NCBI GenBank assembly: GCA_024860875.1
Contig: JACPSZ010000007.1
Coordinates: 148,218-212,217 of the forward strand
Length of the DNA stretch: 64,000 nt
DNA from: Nitrososphaerota archaeon
GTDB lineage: Archaea; Thermoproteota; Nitrososphaeria; Nitrososphaerales; UBA57
Reading direction: 5' to 3'
Shown: positions 26,632 to 35,978 of the stretch, piece by piece
How the letters are laid out: each line of letters begins with the position of its first letter
How positions within the stretch are numbered: position 1 is the first letter of the stretch
Notes under the pieces: model-generated
The model's database searches: none
What the model saw: only the letters and a program-made list of their open reading frames with translations
Told to the model about the DNA's origin: nothing
Position numbers and translations under genes: made by a program

Positions 26632-28526
26632 TGTCCATAGACCCCACAAAGATAAACCTCAAAGTTGGACTTGAAATCCACCAGCAGGTAGCCAGTAGCA
26701 CGAAGCTTTTCTGCAGCTGCAGCAACTTTGAATCCAAAGAATTCCCTTCCGAATTTGTCAGAAAGTTGAGGCCGACGCAAAGTGAGTTAGGGCAGATTGA
26801 CCCTGCTGCGTTATTCGAATTTCAGAAGGCTAGGACAATAAGATACAAAGCAAATAATGAATCTGCTTGCTTGGTAGAGACTGACGAAGAGCCTCCTCAC
26901 GATGTCAGTAGCGATGCGCTTGAAATTGCTCTTACAATTTCTACGCTCTTAAAGTCAAAAATTCTCGATGAAGTTCATGTAATGCGAAAGATAGTCATCG
27001 ATGGATCGAATACTACGGGCTTCCAACGCACGATGATCGTTGCCCTTGGCGGGGAACTCTCTGCTGGCTCGTTGAAGGTCGGGGTTCAGGGAATAAGCTT
27101 GGAGGAGGATGCTGCAAGGCTTCTTGGAGAGGTTGAAGGCATAAGAGAATACGGCCTTGATAGATTATGCGTCCCTCTGGTTGAAGTTGCACTTGCACCT
27201 ATATCTAGCTCCCCGAAGGACGTTCAGGAAGTTGCTTTAGCGCTTGGCAGATTGATGCGCTCAACAAAGAGAGTGGCTAGAGGGCTGGGCACGATAAGGC
27301 AGGATGTGAATGTTTCAATCATGGGAGGCAAGGTTGTGGAAGTAAAGGGCGTGCAGAAGCTTGATCTGATTGGAAAGGTTGTCGAGTTTGAGGCTCAAAG
27401 GCAGCTGGCACTCGTAAAGATAAGCGAAGAACTTCAAAAAAGAGGAGTCAAAGAAGCAGATTTCGATGTTGAACCGCTGGATCTTACCGAAATGCTTGCA
27501 TCTTCGAAAAGCACCGTCATAAATAAGGCTCTTGCATCCAATGGCTGCGTTTACGGTGTGAAGCTTAAAGGCTTTGGAGGTTTGCTTGGCTATGAGCCTC
27601 ACGAAGGGATAAGGCTCGGAAGGGAACTTGCAGACCTTGTAAGGTTCTACGGCCTTGGAGGTTTGTTCCACTCCGACGAACTGCCTGCATACGGAATTAC
27701 TGAAGGTGAAGTTAGTGCAGTGAAAAAGCACTTGCAAATCAACAATAACGATGCTTTCATCCTTCTGTCTGGTCCTCGAAGCAACGTTTCAGTTGCTATG
27801 AATGCCCTGATAGAGAGAGCTAAGTATGCTCTTGCAGGAGTGCCAGCAGAAACGAGAGGGCCGACGCCAGACGGGAAGACCAGATTCATCAGGCCAAGGC
27901 CGGGCTCGGCAAGGATGTATCCAGAGACCGATATTCCCCCCATTGTAATAACTAAAGAAACGCTTGCAAGGATTCAAAACTCTCTCCCTCAGAGCTGGGA
28001 AGCACAGATTGACTATTATGCGAAGAAATATCAGTTAAGCACAAAACTTGCAGTGCAGGTCTACGATTCTGACTATGCTGACCTTTTCGAAGAAATAACG
28101 TCCGCGACAAGAATTCAGCCGAGTTTCACAGCAGCGACGCTCACAGAGACTATTGTTGGGATCGCAAGAGAAGGCTTTGACATATCCAGAATTTCGAACG
28201 AGCAGATTAAGGAAATTTTCATTAAAGTAGAGAAAGCGGAATTTGCAAAAGAATCTTTGCAGCCTATACTTGAAAGCTTGGCTAAAGGAGAGGTTTCGTC
28301 TGTGAGCGACGCTGTCAGCAAACTGTCCATAAAGGGCATCTCAAGTGAAGAACTTGGCAGGATAATCTCAAAGATTCTTGAGGACAATTCTGCACTGATA
28401 AAACAAAAAGGCGAAGGTGCATTCAGCGCTCTTATGGGCACTGTCATGGCACAGGCAAGAGGCAGAGCTGACGGCCAGTTGATCAGCAAAACATTAAGAG
28501 ATAAACTAAAAGAAGCACTCCGTTAA
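26628..28526 (+). CDS. gatE: Glutamyl-tRNA(Gln) amidotransferase subunit E
   Basis: 632 aa. Has the GatB/E N-terminus (GLEIHQQ...LFC.C), the ETD..PP motif, and a GatB_Yqey-like tail. Confidence 0.9.
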   Translation: MMSIDPTKINLKVGLEIHQQVASSTKLFCSCSNFESKEFPSEFVRKLRPTQSELGQIDPAALFEFQKARTIRYKANNESACLVETDEEPPHDVSSDALEIALTISTLLKSKILDEVHVMRKIVIDGSNTTGFQRTMIVALGGELSAGSLKVGVQGISLEEDAARLLGEVEGIREYGLDRLCVPLVEVALAPISSSPKDVQEVALALGRLMRSTKRVARGLGTIRQDVNVSIMGGKVVEVKGVQKLDLIGKVVEFEAQRQLALVKISEELQKRGVKEADFDVEPLDLTEMLASSKSTVINKALASNGCVYGVKLKGFGGLLGYEPHEGIRLGRELADLVRFYGLGGLFHSDELPAYGITEGEVSAVKKHLQINNNDAFILLSGPRSNVSVAMNALIERAKYALAGVPAETRGPTPDGKTRFIRPRPGSARMYPETDIPPIVITKETLARIQNSLPQSWEAQIDYYAKKYQLSTKLAVQVYDSDYADLFEEITSATRIQPSFTAATLTETIVGIAREGFDISRISNEQIKEIFIKVEKAEFAKESLQPILESLAKGEVSSVSDAVSKLSIKGISSEELGRIISKILEDNSALIKQKGEGAFSALMGTVMAQARGRADGQLISKTLRDKLKEALR

Positions 28527-28631
28527 ATTTACGGGAAACCGAGAAGGCTCGATCCTTGCCATCAGGAAGGTACGATAAAATTTACGGTAATCCAACTAGT
28601 TTTTAGATAACTTCTCCATGAGCTAAGCGGA

Positions 28632-28865
28632 ATGGCAAAAGCGTATATTATGATAAATTGCGACAAGGGGTTTGGTGAAGAGACGCTGAAGGAGTTGAGA
28701 CGAGTGAAACATGTTACTGCCGCTGATGTCGTTTATGGGGTGTACGACATTGTCGCTGTGGTTCAGGCTCCTACCATGTCAGCAGTAGAAGAAACAATAA
28801 TCAATAAAATCAGGAAGGTCAAGGGAGTAAGTTCTACACTTACTATGCTGGTCGCAAAGACCTAG
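28632..28865 (+). CDS. Stand-alone Lrp/AsnC ligand-binding (RAM) domain protein
   Basis: 77 aa. MAKAYIMINCD...VYGVYDIVAVVQAP......I.KIRKV.GV..T.T fits the RAM domain pattern. Confidence 0.7.
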   Translation: MAKAYIMINCDKGFGEETLKELRRVKHVTAADVVYGVYDIVAVVQAPTMSAVEETIINKIRKVKGVSSTLTMLVAKT

Positions 28866-28871
28866 TGTAAT

Positions 28872-29222
28872 TTATTTGGCTGGCTCCTTTCGGACTGGCT
28901 TGCCCGCTTCTGAAGTGATTATTTCCTCAACCTTCTGGAAGTACAGTCTTGTTGCAAATGGCATCTGCGAAATGTTGCTCTCTATTGCATCTACAACATA
29001 GGTGATAGCCCTTCGGGAGCATTTTATGTTGAACTTCATCCACAGAACATCGTCCTGCACGACATAGATAGAACCCTTGAGATGCTCTGGCGCCATCCCC
29101 TTTGCTTGGTCAACTATGATTTTGTACCAGCCGGCAAGCATATCAGGCTCTAATCCAACGCTGATGTCGTGTATTGTTGCCGCTAGGTTTTCAAGAACCT
29201 TTAGCTCTACGTTATCAGACAT
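28872..29222 (-). CDS. Hypothetical protein
   Basis: 116-aa ORF with no recognised family. Confidence 0.4.
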   Translation of the reverse strand: MSDNVELKVLENLAATIHDISVGLEPDMLAGWYKIIVDQAKGMAPEHLKGSIYVVQDDVLWMKFNIKCSRRAITYVVDAIESNISQMPFATRLYFQKVEEIITSEAGKPVRKEPAK

Positions 29223-29296
29223 TGGCTTGTTAGTATTGCTAAAGATTCTAAAGTCCTAAAGTCATCTTTTGCTAACTTGCTTGTCTAACAAGAAGT

Positions 29297-29473
29297 TTAC
29301 TTGATCCAATCAGCCACGGTCACATCCGGAGGTCTTTCCATGACCTTTTCAAACCTGCAGTTCGGGCATTTGAGATGATGCCGAATCACATTTCTAATTC
29401 GGTTTAGTTCTGATTCAACCGTCGCCCTTTTGCCGCAATTTGGGCATTTAGTATAGGATATCTCCTTGGTCAT
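29297..29473 (-). CDS. Small zinc-ribbon protein (58 aa)
   Basis: Hand translation: MTKEISYTKCPNCGKRATVESELNRIRNVIRHHLKCPNCRFEKVMERPPDVTVADWIK*. There are two CPNC knuckles. It is below the ORF-track cutoff. Confidence 0.5.
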   Translation of the reverse strand: MTKEISYTKCPNCGKRATVESELNRIRNVIRHHLKCPNCRFEKVMERPPDVTVADWIK

Positions 29474-29544
29474 ACAACATTATTAATAGATATACTGCTA
29501 AATTAATTTGCCTAACGGCACGCTTCGAGTTCGGGAATTCTGAA

Positions 29545-29988
29545 TCATTTCTTTCTTGAGAACTTTTCTGGAGGCCCGAAATCCATGTGCTCTGGAGGCT
29601 TCGAGGGAATTACGAACCTGATGTACGAATAGTTGTATTTGTCGTGGTAAAAGTCAGAACCTTCGACCGCCTTCTTGTACGTTAGTTCGAATTCTTTCCA
29701 GTCTTTGTGCTCAATTGCAACAAGTATTGGTGAGAGATGATGCTTTTCAAAAGTCTCCATATCCTGCGTGTATTTCGGTCTGGTGACCTTTACAATGTTC
29801 AGTACGGCTGTCGTTTCATTATACTGATGTTTTGCCATGGGCCAGTTGCCACCTTTGGCAGCGTAGTACAAATAGTAAAAGCGTCTTGAAATTTCATCCA
29901 TTAACCTTGCCATGCCAGGCTGAATCTGGGCTAATTGATCAATTGTGATCTCGCCGTGCTTAGTCTTGCCTGCAATTCTTTCTTCCAT
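29545..29988 (-). CDS. Hypothetical protein
   Basis: 147-aa ORF with balanced composition. No family recognised. Confidence 0.45.
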   Translation of the reverse strand: MEERIAGKTKHGEITIDQLAQIQPGMARLMDEISRRFYYLYYAAKGGNWPMAKHQYNETTAVLNIVKVTRPKYTQDMETFEKHHLSPILVAIEHKDWKEFELTYKKAVEGSDFYHDKYNYSYIRFVIPSKPPEHMDFGPPEKFSRKK

Positions 29989-30002
29989 GCCATTTAACCT
30001 CC

Positions 30003-30458
30003 TTAACGCCTGCTATAAAGGCCGATTATTTCTGCTTCTGCAAGAATATGGCCTTGAATGGCTCGGAGAACCTGTTGTTTGGTTGATCCTGGAAGAAGAC
30101 CAAGAGTAGTATCTAAAGCATAGAGGTGAAACCTATAGCGATGAGTTCCTGAAGGAGGGCAGGGCCCTCCGTAGCCAATTCTTCCAAAGTCTGTCTTTCC
30201 TTGAATACTCCCGTCTTGCAGGGTCGGTTTAGTTTCTATGCCTTCCTTCAGACCGTTCTGAGATGGAGGCATGTTGAAAATAACCCAGTGTGTGTATACT
30301 CCCACAGGTGCGTCTGGATCATCTGAAATAAGGGTAAAAGACTTGGTATTCTTTGGTGCATCTTTCCATTTGATTTCTGGAGAAATATCATCGCCATCGC
30401 ATGTATACTTAGACGGTATTCTTTCACCATTCTTGAAAGCTGGACTTTCGATTATCAT
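30003..30458 (-). CDS. PEBP (YbhB/YbcL) family protein
   Basis: 151 aa with the motifs LISDDPDAP, HWVIFNMP and GYGGPCPPSGTHRYRFHLYALD. Confidence 0.85.
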   Translation of the reverse strand: MIIESPAFKNGERIPSKYTCDGDDISPEIKWKDAPKNTKSFTLISDDPDAPVGVYTHWVIFNMPPSQNGLKEGIETKPTLQDGSIQGKTDFGRIGYGGPCPPSGTHRYRFHLYALDTTLGLLPGSTKQQVLRAIQGHILAEAEIIGLYSRR

Positions 30459-30739
30459 CTTCCAATCCCCTATACCGCATTTGATTAATAATGACTTCCT
30501 AGCTTATATACAAAGCATAGAAAATTTCTGATCTATGAAGTGATTTGGCTTTATATATAATCCCCTGTCATTTTTTTCACACAGGGGCGCGTTTGTTAGT
30601 AACTACAGCTAGGCAGATGTGCAACTACCCCCGGGGAGTATGGACACACGCAATGGTGCCATAGGTACCCTAATGGAGGAGTCATGCGTGCGTTAATACA
30701 GAACATATTTTATCTCCCCAGCAGTTAGGCAAATAGTTC

Positions 30740-32143
30740 ATGGCCTTAACGTTCTTTAATACTCTCGGAAGAAAGTTAGAAGAGTTCAAGCCTCTTCAGG
30801 ACAACCATGTAAGAATGTACACTTGTGGCCCTACAGTATATGATTACCCTCACATAGGAAACCACAGAACATTCGTCTTTGAAGACATCCTCCGAAAGTA
30901 CCTAAAGTTCAAGGGCTACAAGGTCACTCAAGTGATGAACCTTACAGATGTTGACGACAAGACGATTACAGGATCACAAAAAGATGCGATCCCTCTAAAT
31001 GAATATACAGCAAAGTATTCTAAAGCCTTCTTTGAAGATTTGGAGAAACTCCGCATAGAAAGGGCAGAGTTCTACCCTAAAGCTACGGATTTCATAGACG
31101 ACATGGTTACATTCATCAAAAAGTTAATCGAAAAGCATTATGCGTACACAAGCGAAGGTTCAGTATATTTTGACATTACCAAGTTCAAAAATTACGGAAA
31201 ATTATCTGGTCTAATAATAGAGCAGCTAAAATCTGGGGCCAGAGTCAAAGTTGATGAATACAAGAAAGAGGATGCGCAGGATTTTGCCCTCTGGAAGGCG
31301 TGGGATTCTGCAGACAAGGATGTATTTTGGCAGACCAATCTCGGAAAAGGAAGGCCAGGATGGCACATAGAATGCTCAGTAATGTCGACTAAATTGCTAG
31401 GCGAAACCTTCGACATACATGCTGGAGGCGTCGATCTGATATTTCCTCATCACGAAAACGAAATTGCACAGTCGGAAGCATTGACAGGCAAGAAGTTCGT
31501 CAAATACTGGCTGCATTCAGAACATCTGATAGTTGAAGGACAGAAGATGTCAAAGTCTCTCGGAAACTTCTACACGCTAAGGCAATTAATTGAAATGGGC
31601 CATGATCCGATAGCAATACGATACCTTCTGATTTCAGCGCACTATAGAGCACCATTGAACTTCACCTTTGAAGGATTGAAACAGGCTACAGCTTCTTTGA
31701 AGAGGTTGCAAGCGGTTTACGAAAGGCTGGAGAGCATTAAAGGAACAAGCAATGACAACAAAGAATTTCAAGATTTAACAAGTTCTACACTCAAAAAGTT
31801 TGAAGAAGCTATGGATGCCGATCTTAATACTCCTCTCGCACTGGCAGCATTATTTGACTATGTCAGGGACGCCAATAGGCTACTAGATGCTGGCAAGTTC
31901 TCCGAAAAGGACAGGAAAAAAGCATTGGAAGTTCTGCAGAAGATAGATTCCATATTCTCGGTAATGCAAGTTTCTAAAGATGAAATTGACAAAGAAATCG
32001 AAGAGCTCATAGCTAAGAGAAATGAAGCTAGGGCAAAGAAGGACTGGGCTTTAGCAGACAAAATAAGAACTAAGATTTACCAAAAAGGTTTCATCCTCGA
32101 AGATACACCTGCAGGCACTAAAGGGAAAAAAGTCAGCTCTTGA
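30740..32143 (+). CDS. cysS: Cysteine--tRNA ligase
   Basis: 467 aa with the class-I signatures HIGN and KMSKS. The CGPTVYDY N-terminus is present. Confidence 0.95.
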   Translation: MALTFFNTLGRKLEEFKPLQDNHVRMYTCGPTVYDYPHIGNHRTFVFEDILRKYLKFKGYKVTQVMNLTDVDDKTITGSQKDAIPLNEYTAKYSKAFFEDLEKLRIERAEFYPKATDFIDDMVTFIKKLIEKHYAYTSEGSVYFDITKFKNYGKLSGLIIEQLKSGARVKVDEYKKEDAQDFALWKAWDSADKDVFWQTNLGKGRPGWHIECSVMSTKLLGETFDIHAGGVDLIFPHHENEIAQSEALTGKKFVKYWLHSEHLIVEGQKMSKSLGNFYTLRQLIEMGHDPIAIRYLLISAHYRAPLNFTFEGLKQATASLKRLQAVYERLESIKGTSNDNKEFQDLTSSTLKKFEEAMDADLNTPLALAALFDYVRDANRLLDAGKFSEKDRKKALEVLQKIDSIFSVMQVSKDEIDKEIEELIAKRNEARAKKDWALADKIRTKIYQKGFILEDTPAGTKGKKVSS

Positions 32144-32792
32144 CTTTCTGCATGAACCACGACTGCCTTATGATCGGGTTTATCTTTGCTATCGCGATAG
32201 TAGGTACTACTGAAAGAATGACATGAAGGGCATTGTAGACTCCGCTAAACACTAACATTAACGTGATGAACTGTCCCTGCGATGCAAGTGTTATCCCTGC
32301 AACCTTCAAAGCTTTTGATGCTGTATTATAGTAAAAGTCGCTTGCGAAGAGCACTCCAACCACAACATAGTTAATCGGGGTCATCAGCAGAACTCTGAGG
32401 ACAAGGCCCATAGCGATTCCCGATGCAAAGGTCTTCGATGTTCCGAAACCCATTTTCTTAGCAAGAATAAACCCAAGCCACATTCCTACTTGCATGGCAA
32501 CTATCGCTGCGAGTTTCATGTAAGGGCCGGGAGGGAAGGAACTCCCTCTAATCACCATAATCAGCCATAATATGGTCGATGATAAGAAGCCCCACGCAGG
32601 TCCGAACAGAAGAAATGCAACGACAGTAGGTATCTCTGAGAAATCGAAGACGAGCCAAGGAAGAAGAGGGAAGGGGAACTTTACAAAGAGCTGCAGCAAG
32701 AACGCCATCGCACCGAGAATTGCCGCGCCTGCAATCTTTACGGAACGATTATCTAACCGTCGAGAAACACTAACTTCCTGCTGCACAATCAT
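32133..32792 (-). CDS. Membrane protein, ECF-transporter S-component-like
   Basis: 219 aa with about 6 TM helices. The resemblance to S components is by pattern only. Confidence 0.45.
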   Translation of the reverse strand: MIVQQEVSVSRRLDNRSVKIAGAAILGAMAFLLQLFVKFPFPLLPWLVFDFSEIPTVVAFLLFGPAWGFLSSTILWLIMVIRGSSFPPGPYMKLAAIVAMQVGMWLGFILAKKMGFGTSKTFASGIAMGLVLRVLLMTPINYVVVGVLFASDFYYNTASKALKVAGITLASQGQFITLMLVFSGVYNALHVILSVVPTIAIAKINPIIRQSWFMQKVKS

Positions 32793-32859
32793 TGCAGATG
32801 TATGTTAGTTTATAATTGTTTCCTTCATAATCTATTATGACATACATGACATACTATCA

Positions 32860-33153
32860 CTACGTGGAAACCATGATATTTATCGATTCGAGAACTTTAT
32901 TCACCAGTTCTTGATTCCTAGGAGAAACTACCCTTGACCTGCCTACTTCGAAAACCTCCACAAGCTTTGCCTTCTTTAGAACAGAAACATGCCTGTACGT
33001 TGATCCATAGTCTATCTTCAGCTGATCAGAAATTGCCTTTATGTGCAGAGGTCTCTTAGTACCTATAATCATCTCCAGAATCTGCAGCCGAACAGGACTT
33101 GCAAGGGCATCGAAGAACTTTGCAAGATCATCCAATTTAGTACTTTGAGGCAA
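32860..33153 (-). CDS. ArsR-family winged-helix transcriptional regulator
   Basis: 97 aa. FDALASPVRLQILEMI....PLHIKAISDQLKIDYGSTYRHVSVLKKAKLV is the ArsR pattern. Confidence 0.75.
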   Translation of the reverse strand: MPQSTKLDDLAKFFDALASPVRLQILEMIIGTKRPLHIKAISDQLKIDYGSTYRHVSVLKKAKLVEVFEVGRSRVVSPRNQELVNKVLESINIMVST

Positions 33154-33195
33154 GCTCTACAGGAATCGCCTCTGAATCATATTTAACGGTTTGTT

Positions 33196-34413
33196 CTACT
33201 TCTTTCTTGACGCAGAAACTATGGAAAGGATATCTCTATCTTTTAGTTGATAGTCTGCAGGAAGTCTCAGCCCAGACCTTGAATCGATGGCGTAAAGTAG
33301 GCCCTTTGCAAGCTCTGTATGCACCGATCTAGCAAGATCAACGACAGTTGATCCTGAAGGGAGCAGGTAAACGTCTGGGAGAACATTTCCGTCTTTGTCC
33401 GCAAACTTTTCAGGATTAGAAACTGGATAGACCGTGTTCATTCTGAGCATCTTGAAAACTGCAGTATTGATGGCAAATTGCACCCCCGTCCTCATGTACT
33501 CCCCAAGTATTGCTTTGCGTATGAATCCCAAAGCTTCCAACTGTTTTTTATTTAATAAGGCCTTTTCTAGTATCTCGAACCTCTCCTGGCCAGGAATGTA
33601 TCTTATGACGCCCTTCTGCTGAGCCCTTCTGAGCGTCAGTTCAGCCTCCCCGCTTACAGGTACAACTATTAGGTCTGAATAATATTCTCTCAATCTCTTG
33701 AAGTTCTCTGCAGCATGCGGCAGGTCCATCTTGTTGGCAACTATTAGAGTGGGCTTAGATTCCTCCCTTAACGCCCATGCAAAATTGCGCGTATCCTGAT
33801 CAGACCAATTGTCAAAGGCTTTCTTGACCAAGCTTGTTTTTTCCACAGCAGTTACTACGTGGTTGAGCTTGATACCCATTCCTGCAAGAATTTCTGAAAC
33901 TGCCAGGCCGATTTCCTTCCCTAATCTAATCTCCTTCGATATTTTGTCCCTGTTGGACTCTATGAGCTTGAGGTACCACATCACAAGCTCTTCTTCTATG
34001 TCGCCAATGTCTGCAACAGGGTCTCCCTCGCCAGCCTCGGTAATCTTGCCTTCAGAATCAACGCTTCCTGAAGCGTCTACAACATGCAGCAGTGCATCAG
34101 ATTGAGTGGCAACAGAAAGGAACTGGTTGCCAAGGCCTTTTCCCATCGACGCTCCCTTTATCAGTCCGGGTAAATCAACAAGCTCTACAGGAATGTAACG
34201 CCACCCATCTACACACCTTGAATTCTTTGGACTGTCATTGATGTTGAACTCTCTATGGACGCACAGAGTCAGAGCATTAGTAATCCCAATGTTAGGCGTC
34301 TTTGTAGTGAATGGGTAAGAAGAGACTTCTGCAGACTGAAGGGTAGCAGCGTTGTAAAAGGTTGTTTTACCCGTGTTTGTTTTGCCTATAAGACCGATTT
34401 TAATTGCAGGCAC
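33196..34413 (-). CDS. OBG-type GTPase (YchF/DRG-like) with C-terminal TGS domain
   Basis: 405 aa with G1 GKTNTGKTT, G3 DLPGL and G4 NKMD. The TGS-like tail is LRLPADYQLKDRDILSIV. Confidence 0.8.
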   Translation of the reverse strand: MPAIKIGLIGKTNTGKTTFYNAATLQSAEVSSYPFTTKTPNIGITNALTLCVHREFNINDSPKNSRCVDGWRYIPVELVDLPGLIKGASMGKGLGNQFLSVATQSDALLHVVDASGSVDSEGKITEAGEGDPVADIGDIEEELVMWYLKLIESNRDKISKEIRLGKEIGLAVSEILAGMGIKLNHVVTAVEKTSLVKKAFDNWSDQDTRNFAWALREESKPTLIVANKMDLPHAAENFKRLREYYSDLIVVPVSGEAELTLRRAQQKGVIRYIPGQERFEILEKALLNKKQLEALGFIRKAILGEYMRTGVQFAINTAVFKMLRMNTVYPVSNPEKFADKDGNVLPDVYLLPSGSTVVDLARSVHTELAKGLLYAIDSRSGLRLPADYQLKDRDILSIVSASRKK

Positions 34414-34483
34414 TTCTATCGCTGGAAAGAACTATTCAATCAGATTTAAATCTACATCTTGGGCGTGCTACTTTGCTGGAGCA

Positions 34484-35497
34484 ATGACACTTTTGCGAGA
34501 TATTTCAATAACAAACTCAAACGGGATAATTCTATCGACAAAGAAAAGAAAGGTCTTTCTCGACCCAGAGAAGCCTCCAGACTCTGGCCTGTCGTTTGTT
34601 TCGCACGCCCATTTAGATCACATACATTCATCGTTTGACGGAAAGCGTGTCATAGCCTCTGCTGAAACTGTCCGGTTGGCCAAGGAGAGAGGATTCAACA
34701 TAAACAACTACAGCGAAGAGGATGAAGATATAGAGACTTTCGATGCGGGACACATACTAGGCTCTCGCGCAATTCTAATCGATAATAGCATATTCTACAC
34801 TGGGGACTTTGCCCTGCGCCCAAGAGCGTTTCTTGGAAGCGGGAAGGCGACAAAATGCGATGTATTAATAATGGAAACTACGTTCGGAAGCCCAGAGTAC
34901 GTATTCCCTCCAGTAGCAAAGGTGTTAGAGCAGACCAATAGGCTCATTGCTGAAATGTTTTCGAAAGGCGTGCCCGTAGTATTGATGGGCTATCCGCTAG
35001 GAAAGTCGCAAATTCTGTCGCATTATTTTTCATTCTGGGATCCTGTTTATGTCTGTGAATCGATAGCAAAGATGAACAGTGCGCATACGGAACTTGGGGT
35101 AAGCCTCGGAACCAATTTCAAGAAGTACGAAGAAGCTAAAGAAAAAGGACTGCTGAACCGCAAACCATGGGTTCTATTATCTCCGTTAATGAGCGGAAGG
35201 AGCAGATTTGTAAAGGAGCTTAAAGAGGAATATGGTGCAGTTTCTGTTGCTTTTTCAGGCTGGGCCTGCAGGCCGGGCTACAAGAATGCCATGAATGTTG
35301 ATTACGCTTTCCCTATAAGCGACCACTGCGACTTTAATGAGCTGCTGCAACTGGTGAAACAATGTTCGCCCAAAAAAGTGATCACCGTTCACGGCCAAAA
35401 TGAAACCTTTGCAACATTCCTCCAAAAGCAGGGCTATGACGCTCAGTCGTCTTCAGCCCTCCATACATCGATGACCGACTTCATACACGAAGATTAA
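34484..35497 (+). CDS. Metallo-beta-lactamase / beta-CASP family RNA-processing nuclease (short form)
   Basis: The ORF track starts at 34373 inside the GTPase gene, so I prefer the Met at 34484 (MTLLRDISI). Motifs are SHAHLDH, ETTFG and the terminal ISDHCDFNEL...VITVHG. Confidence 0.7.
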   Translation: MTLLRDISITNSNGIILSTKKRKVFLDPEKPPDSGLSFVSHAHLDHIHSSFDGKRVIASAETVRLAKERGFNINNYSEEDEDIETFDAGHILGSRAILIDNSIFYTGDFALRPRAFLGSGKATKCDVLIMETTFGSPEYVFPPVAKVLEQTNRLIAEMFSKGVPVVLMGYPLGKSQILSHYFSFWDPVYVCESIAKMNSAHTELGVSLGTNFKKYEEAKEKGLLNRKPWVLLSPLMSGRSRFVKELKEEYGAVSVAFSGWACRPGYKNAMNVDYAFPISDHCDFNELLQLVKQCSPKKVITVHGQNETFATFLQKQGYDAQSSSALHTSMTDFIHED

Positions 35498-35552
35498 GCA
35501 CCGTAATCACAATTTCTATATAGCATGTGTCGCATCTTACTGACAGTCAGGT

Positions 35553-35975
35553 GTGCAGATGTCATCTATAATGTTTAGGAAATTTGGAGAAGAATTGATC
35601 GGAATGGTGGGCAAGAAAATAATCGCATTGACTTCTGACGGCAAGGTATACCAAGGCGTCCTCCTTGGGATAGACGAAAAGCTCAATGTTATAATTGACA
35701 ACCCAACAGGCGGAGAGAACGCCTACAAAGTAATTCTTAACGGAGCGTACTTGAAAGAGATAAAACTTGTAGAGAAGCTTTTTGACCTTAAAGCACTTTC
35801 AGATAGGCTGTCTAGAGTATTCCCAGGATTGGTAAGGCTCAGAGATGACATAGGTGCCATTGTTGTCATGGACAAGATCAAGGTTACAGAGCAGGGAGTT
35901 GCAGAGGGCGTAGGACTTGCAGCAGACCGCGTCAAAGCAGTTTACGACGAATTCGTCAAAGAGACAAAGAAGTAA
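35553..35975 (+). CDS. Sm-like (LSm) domain protein with C-terminal extension
   Basis: 140 aa. The Sm1/Sm2-like segment is KKIIALTSDGKVYQGVLLGIDEKLNVIIDN...VILNGAYLKEIKLV. Confidence 0.6.
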   Translation: MQMSSIMFRKFGEELIGMVGKKIIALTSDGKVYQGVLLGIDEKLNVIIDNPTGGENAYKVILNGAYLKEIKLVEKLFDLKALSDRLSRVFPGLVRLRDDIGAIVVMDKIKVTEQGVAEGVGLAADRVKAVYDEFVKETKK

Positions 35976-35978
35976 CCA

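Noticed and set aside
34373-34483. The upstream extension of the beta-CASP/MBL gene overlapping the GTPase gene start
   Set aside because: The first 37 codons overlap the divergent GTPase gene's 5' end and promoter region, and they look non-protein-like. The Met at 34484 gives a standard N-terminus.
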